A DNA stretch of 23,924 nucleotides, from NCBI GenBank assembly GCA_044222475.1, contig JBGANF010000118.1, positions 1 through 23,924 on the forward strand, written 5' to 3'. This DNA is from Polyangiaceae bacterium (GTDB taxonomy: Bacteria; Myxococcota_A; Polyangia; Polyangiales; Polyangiaceae). Position 1 is the stretch's first letter, and each line of letters starts with the position of its first letter. Shown piece after piece: positions 1-9,402 of the stretch. The translations under genes and the position numbers were made by a program. Below the pieces are notes generated by a model. It was not told the DNA's origin. It was given only the letters and a program-made list of their open reading frames with translations, and ran no database searches.

Positions 1-8
1 GTCGGCGG

Positions 9-1871
9 TCAGGGGTTTGGGGCGCCCCAGCTGTGCGCGCCGACCGCCCAATCCGCGGCTGCGTTGGTGTCGGTGTTGGACACGCGGCGCACGGTGGCTC
101 CCGTCGCCGTGGTTCCGACGCCGTTGAAGTCGACGGAGACGAGGAACGCCGCGGTGTTGTTGGCGCACGTGCCGCTGCAGCCGACCCACTGGGTCGCTTG
201 CGCGAGCGTGTTCACGTCGTTGAACCAGTTGACCGACGGCGTCGCGCCGGCGGAGCGGTAGTACGCGATGCCGTCCTGGATCGCGCCATTCGCCGGCGAC
301 CGCGCCACGACGGCACGCGCGTTGTTCGTGAGGTCGTTCGTCGTCGTCGCCTTCACGTCCCACGCGCCGGCGTAGCACGCGCCGTCCGCGCAGCCGGTCT
401 TCGAGTTGGTCTCGTCGGTGACACCGACCGGCGGGTTGAAGTGGACGACGACGAGATCATCGACCGCGACTTGGAGGAGCGGGAGCGTCGTCAACGTCGT
501 CTTGTTGTTGTTGAGGTACTCCTCGATCGTGATGCCGGTGAGGTTGCCCGCAGTGACGACGCGGAGCTCGATCAGGTCCACGCCGCTCGCGATGTTCGGT
601 CCGAGCTCGTTGAGGCGGACGACCGCGGGGACGGAGTAACCCAGGAAGTTGGCGGTGTTGCCGGTGTTCCCGATCGTCTTGCCCTTGGTGTCCTTCAGGG
701 TGTTCGCGACCGTGACCGTGTACTGCTGGGTCGGCGCTTGCGTCGACGTCGTCAACGTGACCTGGCGCGCTCCGCTGAGCACCGCGGCGCTCACGGTCAG
801 GCCGTTGTTGACGGTGAACTGCGTCCCGTTTGCGAGGAGCGAGCTGCCGTCGATCTTGCGGTCGAACGTGACGACCACGGTAGTGTTCGCCGTCGCAGCG
901 GCCGAGACGACAGTCGGCGCGGGGCACACCATCGCGCTCACGTCACCGTCGACCCAACCCGACGGCTGCGCCTGCGTCGTGAAGCGCCACATCGCGCCAG
1001 TGAGCGTGAACGAGCAGCCGTTCGTGATGTCGATGCTGTCTTGAACGGTCGCGGGGAAGCGAACGCGGAGGTTCGAGCTCGGCGCGCCGACTCCCGCCGT
1101 CGTGATCTGGGCGCTCACCGAGCCGGTGCCCGCAGCTCCGAACGCGCTCGCCGTCGTGGCGGTGAGCTTGATGTACTCGCTCTCGTAGCCGTCGAGGTTC
1201 GTGATCGGATCGGTTGCCGCCGACAGATCCTGGAGGAGCGTCGTGAGATCCTTGCCCTGCGACACGCGCGTCCAGCCGGTGAGGGCGACGACCTCGCGGA
1301 GCTGCGACACGTTCGCGACCGCGGTCACCTTGAAGCTCACCTCGTCGCCGGCGACCGGGACGGGGTTGAGCGTGGTCGGATCGACGGCGACGAAGATCGC
1401 GGGGCCGGTCTTGTCGGCCTGGATGAAGAAGCCCGCCGGATCGGTGCCGACCGCGGCCTTCACGTACGTGACGAAGGCGTTGTCGATCGGCAGGTTGTTG
1501 ACCGGGATGCCGCCGTCACCGCCGGCTTCGACCGCAGCGTCGGCGACCGAGGATTCGACCGAGACGTCGAGGGTGGCATCGCTCGCAGCGTCGCTACCGG
1601 CGTCGGAGACGGTCACGGTCGCGGCGTTGCGAACGTCCTGGATCTGCTTCGAGGTGCCGCTCAGGCCGCCGTCGGCCGCGTCGGTCTTTGCGTCCGTCGT
1701 TGCGTCGACCTTCGCGTCGGTCGTTCCGTCGACCTTGGCGTCCACCGTGACGTCCGGCCCGGCATCGTTGCCCGGCGGTTGGGTCGTGTCGTCCCCGCCG
1801 CAAGCGTAGAGCACGAGGGCGAGGGCTGGAGAGACGACGAGGGCGAAGGTGGAAAAGCGGCGGAGCTTCAT
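9..1871 (-). CDS. Secreted lipoprotein with OB-fold-like, Ig-like and lamin-tail-like domains (620 aa)
   Basis: Signal peptide with lipobox LYAC and a D/A/G-rich linker. VTYV..GFFIQ..AIFV..GDEV and LDGYESEYIKL resemble the OB-fold region of extracellular nucleases. PAPTVVSA..VVVTFD is Ig-like. VRLNEL..DLIEL is lamin-tail-like. Confidence 0.75.
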   Translation of the reverse strand: MKLRRFSTFALVVSPALALVLYACGGDDTTQPPGNDAGPDVTVDAKVDGTTDAKVDATTDAKTDAADGGLSGTSKQIQDVRNAATVTVSDAGSDAASDATLDVSVESSVADAAVEAGGDGGIPVNNLPIDNAFVTYVKAAVGTDPAGFFIQADKTGPAIFVAVDPTTLNPVPVAGDEVSFKVTAVANVSQLREVVALTGWTRVSQGKDLTTLLQDLSAATDPITNLDGYESEYIKLTATTASAFGAAGTGSVSAQITTAGVGAPSSNLRVRFPATVQDSIDITNGCSFTLTGAMWRFTTQAQPSGWVDGDVSAMVCPAPTVVSAAATANTTVVVTFDRKIDGSSLLANGTQFTVNNGLTVSAAVLSGARQVTLTTSTQAPTQQYTVTVANTLKDTKGKTIGNTGNTANFLGYSVPAVVRLNELGPNIASGVDLIELRVVTAGNLTGITIEEYLNNNKTTLTTLPLLQVAVDDLVVVHFNPPVGVTDETNSKTGCADGACYAGAWDVKATTTNDLTNNARAVVARSPANGAIQDGIAYYRSAGATPSVNWFNDVNTLAQATQWVGCSGTCANNTAAFLVSVDFNGVGTTATGATVRRVSNTDTNAAADWAVGAHSWGAPNP

Positions 1872-1930
1872 GGCTCGGCGTCATAGCTCAAGTGGGGCGA
1901 TTTGCCATCCCTCGCGGTAGGATGTTTCGC

Positions 1931-2641
1931 ATGTTCGAACGCGGAGGCCCCTCGCTCTTCGAGCTGCTCCACCAAGCGGCAGTATCCACCGAGCGGGGCT
2001 ACGACCTGCTGGCGACGAAGTTCGACCGCACGCCGTTTCGCACGCCCGACGAAGTGACCGCGGCCCTCGCCGATGCCATCGGTCCGTTCGACGATGGATT
2101 GGACGTGTGCTGCGGCACCGGCGCGTCGCTGCTTCACCTGCGCCGTCACGCCCGCCGGCGTGTCGTCGGGATCGACTTCAGCCAGGGCATGCTCGACGAG
2201 GCCGCGCGTCGGGCCGCGGAAGGGACCGGCGTTCCGGTCGAGCTCGTCCGTGGAGACGCGCTCGCGATGACGTTCGACTCCGAGTTCGACGTCGTCACGA
2301 GCGTCGGTGCGTTCGGACACGTCCTCCGCGAAGACGAGCCGCGGTTCCTCGCGGGGATCTTCCGCGCCCTCCGACCCGGCGGCGAGTTCGTCTTCGTGAC
2401 GAGCGAGATGCCCAAACCGACGTCACCGGTGTTCTGGGCCGCGCACGGCTTCAACGCCGCGATGCGCGTGCGCAACGCGCTCTGGAAGCCCGAGTTCATC
2501 ATGTACTACCTGACGTTCACTTGGCCCGAGGTGCGCGACACGCTGCGCGCGGCCGGCTTCGAGGTGACGATGGAGCGCGACCGGATCCCAGCGCCGTGGA
2601 GCGCGGCGCTCCTCGTCAGGGCCCGGAAGCCAAGAGCTTGA
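1931..2641 (+). CDS. Class I SAM-dependent methyltransferase
   Basis: Motifs LDVCCGTG, VVGIDFSQGML, FDVV and LRPGGEFVF. Start placed at ATG 1931, 7 nt after TAGGAT. Confidence 0.9.
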   Translation: MFERGGPSLFELLHQAAVSTERGYDLLATKFDRTPFRTPDEVTAALADAIGPFDDGLDVCCGTGASLLHLRRHARRRVVGIDFSQGMLDEAARRAAEGTGVPVELVRGDALAMTFDSEFDVVTSVGAFGHVLREDEPRFLAGIFRALRPGGEFVFVTSEMPKPTSPVFWAAHGFNAAMRVRNALWKPEFIMYYLTFTWPEVRDTLRAAGFEVTMERDRIPAPWSAALLVRARKPRA

Positions 2642-3539
2642 ACCCGTCGTTTCCGTCGGGCGCGTTCGGCGTGCCCGCGTCGTCCGCGTCGGTCCACTCG
2701 TACACGTAGTACTGCTTCGGGAAATTCGCGCGGTTCGGGATGAGCTGATTCGTCGCGAACCACGTCGCGGCGGCGCTACCCGGGGAGAGCACCCCGTAGA
2801 TGGCGACGATCAGCGTCCCGATCTGCGCGTCGGGTGCGAGGTACACCACGAAGTAGTCGTGCTTCGCCGTGAGGTCGACGTTCTGGACCTTCGTGAGCAG
2901 GCCGTTGTCGGACGAACGGACGAACGAGAAGCTCGTCGAGTCGGCGAGGGTGTAGACGGGCCCGGCTTTGTTCGACTCGACCCAGCGCACCGCCTTCTGG
3001 CCGAACGATCCGCCCGCGGCGAGGTACGTCTCTCCGACGCCGAGGAGCGGACGGCCCGCATCGTCGAGCACGCCAGGCGCTTGTTGGAGCACCGAGCGCA
3101 CCGCGACCGTGGGCGTGCAGCCGCCGTCGAGGCTGTCGCCGATCGCGGCCCCTGCCGACTCGTCTTGGGCGATGCCGTCGAGCGCGATCGCGACCTTCGG
3201 GTTCTCACAGAGGTTCTTCACGATCGCGGCGATGCACGCTTTGCCGTTGCAGAACTGAGCGTTCGTGCACGCGGCCCCACACGCGCCGCAGTTCCGCGGA
3301 TCCTTCGCGAGGTCGGTGCAAGCGGCGTTGCAGCACGTGCCCGCTTCGCAGGGGTTCTTGTCGTCGCAGGGGGGGCCTGCTTCGATGGTGGCCTCGACGG
3401 CGACGTCGGCGACGGCGTCGATCCCGGCGTCGAGTCCCGCGTCGACCGTGGACGGAGCAGGATCACTGCAGTGGAGGAGCCACGCTCCGCCACCGAGCGC
3501 CGCGAGGAGGAGGGGAAGCCGAAGCTGTCGTGCGCGCAT
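2616..3539 (-). CDS. Cys-rich lipoprotein with STIG1-like repeat (307 aa)
   Basis: Lipobox-like LLHC, DAG linker and CCNAACTDLAKDPRNCGACGAAC motif. Overlaps the convergent methyltransferase by 26 nt. Confidence 0.8.
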   Translation of the reverse strand: MRARQLRLPLLLAALGGGAWLLHCSDPAPSTVDAGLDAGIDAVADVAVEATIEAGPPCDDKNPCEAGTCCNAACTDLAKDPRNCGACGAACTNAQFCNGKACIAAIVKNLCENPKVAIALDGIAQDESAGAAIGDSLDGGCTPTVAVRSVLQQAPGVLDDAGRPLLGVGETYLAAGGSFGQKAVRWVESNKAGPVYTLADSTSFSFVRSSDNGLLTKVQNVDLTAKHDYFVVYLAPDAQIGTLIVAIYGVLSPGSAAATWFATNQLIPNRANFPKQYYVYEWTDADDAGTPNAPDGNDGFKLLASGP

Positions 3540-3587
3540 CGGCGCCCACTATACCTCAATGCTTGCCGCGAATTCGGTGGGGCACAT

Positions 3588-5888
3588 TCAGCTCGTGCCG
3601 CCCCGTCGAAGTCGGAGGCTGTTTCCGACGACGCTCACCGAGCTCAGCGCCATCGCCGCGCTCGCGAGGATCGGGCTCAAGAGCAGCCCCCACACCGGGA
3701 AGAGCACCCCCGCCGCGATGGGGATCCCGAGCACGTTGTACCCAAAGGCCCACATCAGATTTTCGCGCATGATCCGCATCGCGCGGCGAGCGCTGGCGAT
3801 GGCGACCGGGAGCGCCATGAGGTCGCCCCGCAGGAGCGTCGCGTCGGCGGCCTCCATCGCGACGTCGGTGCCGCCGCCATCGTTCCCGATCGCCACGCCG
3901 ACGTGCGCGCGCGCCAGCGCCGGTGCGTCGTTGATCCCGTCGCCGACCATCGCCACTTTACGGCCCTCTTTCCCGAGGCGCTCGATCTCGGCGACCTTGC
4001 CTTCGGGCAGCGTGGCCGCGAGGAAGTGCTCGATCCCGACCGCCTTCGCCGCACTCTCGACCGCTCGGACTTGGTCTCCGCTGACGAGCCTCACATCGAC
4101 GCCGAGCGCGCGAAGATCGGCGATCGCCCGTTTGGACGTCGGCCGGATTTCGTCGCTGACGACGAAGCGCGCGACGACGCGGCCGGCGCTCGAGACGACG
4201 ATCTCGCCGGTCTCGGCCGGCCACGGAGCCTCGCCGCTCGCCACCCATGCGCGCGTCCCGACCCGCATCGCCACGCCGTCGACGTTCGCTTCGATGCCGC
4301 GCCCCGGGTGGGCGACGACGTCGCTCGCGCGAAGATCGCTCGAACCGGCGTGGCGGACGATGGCAGCGGCGAGCGGGTGCTCCGAGTTGGACTCGATGGC
4401 GGCCGCACGCCGGACCACGAGGTCGCGGTCTTCTCCGTCGACGACGTCGACTCGTACCACCGTGGGACGACCGAAGGTCACGGTGCCGGTCTTGTCCAGG
4501 ACGACGGTGTCGACCTCGGCGAGTCGCTCGATCGCCTCGCCGCCGCGGATGAGGATCCCTTCTTGGGCCGCGCGTCCGGTCGCGACGAGCACCGCCGTCG
4601 GCACGGCGAGGCCCATCGCGCACGGGCACGCGATGACCAGGACGCTCACCGCGGCGGCGGCCGCGCGCACCATCGATCCGGTGGCGACGACCCACACGAG
4701 GAACGTGAGGACCGCGATCCCTGCGACGGTCGGCACGAAGACGAGGCTCACGCGGTCGGCGAGCGCCTGGATGGGAGCCCGGCGACCCTGCGCGTCCTCG
4801 AGCAGACGGAGGACTCCGGCGAGACGGCTCGCCGAAGGACGGCGCGTCGTGCGCACGCGCAGCGCGGAGTTGCCGTTCACCGTTCCGGCCCACACCGAAT
4901 CGCCGATGGCCTTGGCGACCGGCATCGCCTCGCCGGTGAGCCACGACTCGTCGACGTGGCCTGCGCCTTCGTCGACGACGCCATCGGTCGGGAAGCGCTC
5001 GCCCGGCTTCACGCGGACGAGGTCCCCCGGGACGAGCTGTCGAACCGGGACCTCGACCTCGGCGTCGTCGCGGACGACGTGCGCGGTGTCCGGTCGAAGC
5101 TTCGCGAGCGCGCGCAGCGCGCGCGATGCCGCGTGGCGGGCACGCGCCTCGAGCGTGCGGCCGAGGAGGACGAGCGCGACGACGAAGATGACCGACTCGT
5201 AGTAGGCGTCCGGCGCCGCGCCGCCGCGGAGGAACGCCTCGGGGACGATCATCGCCGCTACCGAGTAGACGAACGCCGCCGTCGTCCCGAGGGCGACGAG
5301 GGTGTTCATGTCGGGGCTGCGGTGCAGCGCGCTCTTCACGCCGCGGACGTAGAGGTCGCGCCCGGCCCAGGCCATCGTGATCACCGTCATCCCAAAAAGG
5401 GACAGCCAGAGCGCCGTTTTGGGGAGGTCGTAGAGAAAGGGGAGGGCGGCGCGGAGCGGCGGGTCGAGGTACGACGACGCCCACCGCATGAACGGATCGC
5501 CGGCGGTGTGGACGTGCCCTCCGCCGTGGGCCGTCATCAACGGCATCGAGAGGACCATCGCGACCGCGCCGAACGCGAGCGAGACGAACGCCTTCCGCTG
5601 CAGCTGCGACGTCTCCGCGCGCTCCGTCGCTTCGCGCGCCGCCTCGCGCTCCTCCGCGACCGCCGGGTCCTCGGCGGGGATCTCGGCGCCGTAGCCCGCG
5701 TCACGGATCGCTTCGACGAGCGCGGGCAACGCGATCTTCGCGTCGTCGAACTCGATGCGCGCCGAGTGCGTGACGAGGTTGACGTTGGCGCTGGCCACGC
5801 CGGGCGAGCGCTCGAGCGCTCGCTGTACGTTCGCCTGGCATGCGGCGCACGTCATTCCGGTCACGGGGACGGTGATGGTCTTTTCCAC
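3588..5888 (-). CDS. copA: Heavy-metal P1B-type ATPase, Cu(I)-translocating
   Basis: HMA motif GMTCAAC, TGE, CPC, DKTGT, SEHPLA and GDGINDAP. YN and MALSS in the last TM helices are the P1B-1 signature. Confidence 0.93.
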   Translation of the reverse strand: MEKTITVPVTGMTCAACQANVQRALERSPGVASANVNLVTHSARIEFDDAKIALPALVEAIRDAGYGAEIPAEDPAVAEEREAAREATERAETSQLQRKAFVSLAFGAVAMVLSMPLMTAHGGGHVHTAGDPFMRWASSYLDPPLRAALPFLYDLPKTALWLSLFGMTVITMAWAGRDLYVRGVKSALHRSPDMNTLVALGTTAAFVYSVAAMIVPEAFLRGGAAPDAYYESVIFVVALVLLGRTLEARARHAASRALRALAKLRPDTAHVVRDDAEVEVPVRQLVPGDLVRVKPGERFPTDGVVDEGAGHVDESWLTGEAMPVAKAIGDSVWAGTVNGNSALRVRTTRRPSASRLAGVLRLLEDAQGRRAPIQALADRVSLVFVPTVAGIAVLTFLVWVVATGSMVRAAAAAVSVLVIACPCAMGLAVPTAVLVATGRAAQEGILIRGGEAIERLAEVDTVVLDKTGTVTFGRPTVVRVDVVDGEDRDLVVRRAAAIESNSEHPLAAAIVRHAGSSDLRASDVVAHPGRGIEANVDGVAMRVGTRAWVASGEAPWPAETGEIVVSSAGRVVARFVVSDEIRPTSKRAIADLRALGVDVRLVSGDQVRAVESAAKAVGIEHFLAATLPEGKVAEIERLGKEGRKVAMVGDGINDAPALARAHVGVAIGNDGGGTDVAMEAADATLLRGDLMALPVAIASARRAMRIMRENLMWAFGYNVLGIPIAAGVLFPVWGLLLSPILASAAMALSSVSVVGNSLRLRRGGTS

Positions 5889-5921
5889 CTGCCGTCTTCG
5901 TGCGGCGGAATGCGGCTCGTG

Positions 5922-6869
5922 TCAACGGTAGGGTCCGAGCGTCGGCACCGCGATCGCGACCGCGAGAACCGAGAGCAGCTCGCGTAGCGCCGAAGCGTCG
6001 AGCAGGATGCCGCGTGCCTCCACCGTGACGCGCCCGCTCTCGAGGCGCATCGTTTGCGCGCCGGCCGCCTGCGCCCGCTTGCGAAGCGGCTCCCAGCTCG
6101 CGTCGTCGATCGCGGTGTTGGCCTCGGCGGACACCGACGTTTGCACGCCTTGCTCGGCGCGTCGGACGCTGACTCGCGCCTCGGCGCCTCCGCGGGCGAT
6201 GGTGATCGCGCCGAGCTCGGCGCGGCTCACGTCGAACGGCTTGACGACGATGCCATCGAGCTCGCTGGCGAGCGCAGCCCACTCGCGCTCGAGCTCCGCC
6301 CCGCGCCGCGCGACGACGAGCGCGCTGCGCACCGCTCGAGCGAGGGCAGCGCTGTCCTCGGGCATCGACGCGCTGGGGCGGATCAGCGTCAACGTCCCCC
6401 GACTGAGAGAGAACGTCCAATCGCCGGACGCGCGGATCGCCGTGCGGACCGGCGCGTGGAGCCACAGCCGCCCGATGTCGCGGTTGCTCGCCTCGGTCGC
6501 GAACTCGTCGTCGAACGGGGCGTCGCCGGTCGAGTCGAGCGCGTCGAGGGCCTTGCCGATCGTCTCGAACACGCCGTACCGCTTCACCGAGAGCTCCAGC
6601 CCCATCGAGTTCGGGACGCCGACGCGGATGCGGGAATATCGGTACTTACCAACTTGGTACTCATCGGCCAGGAGATCGGCGCCGTCGCTCGTGACCGACA
6701 GCATTCGAGTCGCGCCCGCCTCGCCGAGGACGAACTTGCCTCGCACGGCGCGGGCGGCGTCTTCCCACACGCGATCCATCCGGCGCTCTCGCGCGCGGTG
6801 GACGCGCACGAGCACGTAGATGATGCCGGTGATGACGGTGCTGGCGGCGACGACCCCGGTCGGATCCAC
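5922..6869 (-). CDS. Hypothetical membrane-anchored protein with C-terminal GPYR
   Basis: 315-aa ORF with an N-terminal TM helix, fitting between kinase and copA on the same strand. Confidence 0.75.
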   Translation of the reverse strand: MDPTGVVAASTVITGIIYVLVRVHRARERRMDRVWEDAARAVRGKFVLGEAGATRMLSVTSDGADLLADEYQVGKYRYSRIRVGVPNSMGLELSVKRYGVFETIGKALDALDSTGDAPFDDEFATEASNRDIGRLWLHAPVRTAIRASGDWTFSLSRGTLTLIRPSASMPEDSAALARAVRSALVVARRGAELEREWAALASELDGIVVKPFDVSRAELGAITIARGGAEARVSVRRAEQGVQTSVSAEANTAIDDASWEPLRKRAQAAGAQTMRLESGRVTVEARGILLDASALRELLSVLAVAIAVPTLGPYR

Positions 6870-6875
6870 CGCGGG

Positions 6876-8558
6876 TCAGCCGGGGCCGAGATCGGCGCGG
6901 ACGAGCTGAGCGAGCGCCGCCGGGTTGTCCACCGTGATCCGATCGGCGTCGAGGTCGAGGTGAACGCCCGGGTATCGCGCTGCGACCATGTGGATGGTGT
7001 GCGGCGCCGAGCCCATCTGCGCTTCGATCTCCTTGGCGAGCGTGCTCCAACGCAGGGAGCGTCCTCCGTTCGGCTCGTGGCTGCCGAAGAGGTTCAGGTG
7101 GAGCAACACCTGCAGCGCGACGCGAGGGGCGGACGGGCCACCGGTCAGGGTCACGCGCTTCGTCGTGTAGAGATCGCGCAGCCGTTCGGCGAGCGCCTGC
7201 ACGAGCCGCGCGAGCCACGGCTTCATGATCACGAGCTCTTGGTTGAGGACCCCCGCGGTGACGACGAGCACCGTGGTGTCCTCGATCGCGACGACGGTGG
7301 CGGTCCTCGGCCCTTCGGTGAGCACGGCCATCTCGCCGAAGACCTCTCCGGCGCCGAGCGTCTTCAAGACCTGAAGCACGCCGCCCATCGCCTTGCGCAC
7401 CTCGGCGCGGCCCGAGACGATGATGTAGGCGGCGTTCCCCGGCTCGCCCTCGCGCATGATGATCGACCCCTTCTTGAAGGTGGTCTGCGGGAACTCGGCG
7501 CCTCCGCGCATGAAGCGGATGAGGTCGGCCTTGAGCGCGGCGGTGTCGGCGTAGCGGTCGCTCCGGTGGCGCGCCATCGCCTTGAGGACGATGCGCTCGA
7601 GCTCGTGGGGGACGCGCGCGGAACCGACCACCGCGCTGGGGGCGTCGTAGCGCGCGGCGCGAGCGAGCTCGATGGTGTCGCCGTGGGATTCGCCCCGGTA
7701 CGGCGGGCGCCCGGTGAGGATCTCGTAGATCATCGCGCCGACGCTGAAGATGTCGGACCGAGCGTCGAGGAGGAAGCGGCTGCCCTCGGCCTGCTCCGGG
7801 GACATGTAGCTCGCGGTCCCGAGGATCGCATCGCCGGTCTGCCCGCTCGGCGGTACCGGCTCGTCGGCGTTGGGGTCGATCTCCGGTTGGGACGCGCGAT
7901 CGTTCGGGCCGCCGCTCCCTTGGAGCCGGGCGATGCCCCAGTCCATCAAATAGACTTCGCCGTAGTCTCCGACCATCACGTTGGCCGGCTTCACGTCGCA
8001 GTGGATCACCGCGCGCGCGTGAGCGAACGCGAGCGCGTCGCAGACCTTGACGACGACGTCGAGCAAATTGAAGAGCGTGTTCGGCTCGATCGGGCCTTCG
8101 CCGAGGTCGCGGATGAGGTCCTTGAGGGTGCGTCCCTCGACGAGCTTCATCGTGAAATACAGGTGCCCGTCGCGCTCGCCGACGTCGTAGACCGGGACCA
8201 CGTTCGGGTGATCGAGCAGCCCGGTCGTCCGCGCTTCGCGGAGGAACATGCGCAGCATCCGCGGATCGCTCGAGAGCATGCCGTGGATGCTCTTCTTGGC
8301 CATGCGACGGCCGAGGGCGCGATCGACGACGATCTCGACCGTGCCCATCCCGCCGGCGGCGAGCGGGCGCTCGACGACTTGGCGCTCGGCCGGTGTCTTC
8401 CTGAACTCCTCGACGACGGCGCGCACGTCCTCGATCCGCACGACGGGGACCACCGCGGGTCGTGTCGGTGCGGTCTCCGGCCCGGTGCTCGGCCCCGACG
8501 GCGGGTCGCTACCCCGACGCCGGACGTGGAGCGCGGTGGAGTCGTCGCCGTCGGTCAT
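6876..8558 (-). CDS. Ser/Thr protein kinase fused to cNMP-binding domain and CRP-like C-terminus
   Basis: Kinase motifs LAAGGMGTV, FLREA, HPNVV, IHCDVKPANV, DWG and GTASYMSPEQ. cNMP cassette FGEMAVLTEGPRTATVVA. Confidence 0.92.
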   Translation of the reverse strand: MTDGDDSTALHVRRRGSDPPSGPSTGPETAPTRPAVVPVVRIEDVRAVVEEFRKTPAERQVVERPLAAGGMGTVEIVVDRALGRRMAKKSIHGMLSSDPRMLRMFLREARTTGLLDHPNVVPVYDVGERDGHLYFTMKLVEGRTLKDLIRDLGEGPIEPNTLFNLLDVVVKVCDALAFAHARAVIHCDVKPANVMVGDYGEVYLMDWGIARLQGSGGPNDRASQPEIDPNADEPVPPSGQTGDAILGTASYMSPEQAEGSRFLLDARSDIFSVGAMIYEILTGRPPYRGESHGDTIELARAARYDAPSAVVGSARVPHELERIVLKAMARHRSDRYADTAALKADLIRFMRGGAEFPQTTFKKGSIIMREGEPGNAAYIIVSGRAEVRKAMGGVLQVLKTLGAGEVFGEMAVLTEGPRTATVVAIEDTTVLVVTAGVLNQELVIMKPWLARLVQALAERLRDLYTTKRVTLTGGPSAPRVALQVLLHLNLFGSHEPNGGRSLRWSTLAKEIEAQMGSAPHTIHMVAARYPGVHLDLDADRITVDNPAALAQLVRADLGPG

Positions 8559-8574
8559 CAGGTCGAGTGTAGCG

Positions 8575-9060
8575 TCACTCGAAGGCGACTTCGACTTCGC
8601 CTTCTTCTTGCTCGATCCGCGGCGGGATGGCCTTGAAGAGGCGGACGATCTCGTCGCCCCACTTCCGGCCGTCCTTCGCGGGCGCGAGATCCTTCGCGAT
8701 CGCGTCGAGCTCGCTTCGCCGCTCGGCGGTCAGCGAGAGGCTCGCCGCGAGGCGATCGAGGAGCGCCTTCTCCTTCTCGTCCACGTCGTCGTCGACGCCG
8801 CTCATCCAGGTGGCTGCGACGTAGGCGAAGGCCTTGTCACGCGGGCTCAGCGTGTCGAGCAGGATCTGGTCGAGCGGGAGAGCCTTCGCGAGCGACTGCT
8901 CGAGCTTGGCGCGCAGCTCCTTGCTGAGGTTCAGCACCTCCGCTGCGCCGCGGACGCCGCTCTTCTCGCGATCGTCGAGTCGCCCATCGGCCCAAGCCAT
9001 GGCGATCAAGAGGGTGAGCGTTTCGGTGCACGCGTGCGCGCTGATGGTGAGCCGCTTCAT
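8575..9060 (-). CDS. TerB-like / DUF533-type protein
   Basis: AMAWADGRLDDRE and MSGVDDDVDEKEKALLDRLA match the two TerB-fold ADG..E repeats. Confidence 0.8.
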   Translation of the reverse strand: MKRLTISAHACTETLTLLIAMAWADGRLDDREKSGVRGAAEVLNLSKELRAKLEQSLAKALPLDQILLDTLSPRDKAFAYVAATWMSGVDDDVDEKEKALLDRLAASLSLTAERRSELDAIAKDLAPAKDGRKWGDEIVRLFKAIPPRIEQEEGEVEVAFE

Positions 9061-9102
9061 ACGCCGATCTGTATCGTCAGTCGGCGGAGGCTACAAGAGT
9101 GG

Positions 9103-9345
9103 TCAGGCGGTGGCGATGCGGCCGAAGCCGAGGGCGCCGAGCGTCAGCAGGGGAAACAGCGTGGCGGTGGCGTTCGGCCCGGGGAGGTCGTCGTCGTCGT
9201 CGTCGTCGTCCTTGCCGGTCTTCTTCCCCGCCTTGCCCCAGAGGGAGAAGAGCGCGCGGAACGCGCTCTTGCTCGCGTCGCCCGCGTCGCGTGACCAAGC
9301 CATCGCGACCTTCGGCTCGTCGGCTTTTCGCCCAGAGGGAACCAT
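9103..9345 (-). CDS. Small hypothetical protein with D8 tract and hydrophobic C-terminus (80 aa)
   Basis: Fills the gap between TerB-like and histidine kinase genes, has GC-rich third codon positions, and TATAGG lies 7 nt before the ATG. Confidence 0.55.
   Translation of the reverse strand: MVPSGRKADEPKVAMAWSRDAGDASKSAFRALFSLWGKAGKKTGKDDDDDDDDLPGPNATATLFPLLTLGALGFGRIATA
9187..9210. repeat. (GTC)8 trinucleotide repeat encoding poly-Asp
   Basis: Eight perfect GTC units seen directly. Confidence 0.9.
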
Positions 9346-9402
9346 GGGCGCGCCTATACCTCGAAACCAGCCCTCTTGTCCAAAGTTTGGCGGTGGCCGC
9401 CG

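Noticed and set aside
2859..8636. Long + strand ORFs (1042, 645 and 860 aa) and similar ones at 33-1886 and 19752-21644
   Set aside because: They are antisense shadows of well-supported genes in high-GC DNA and carry no motifs.
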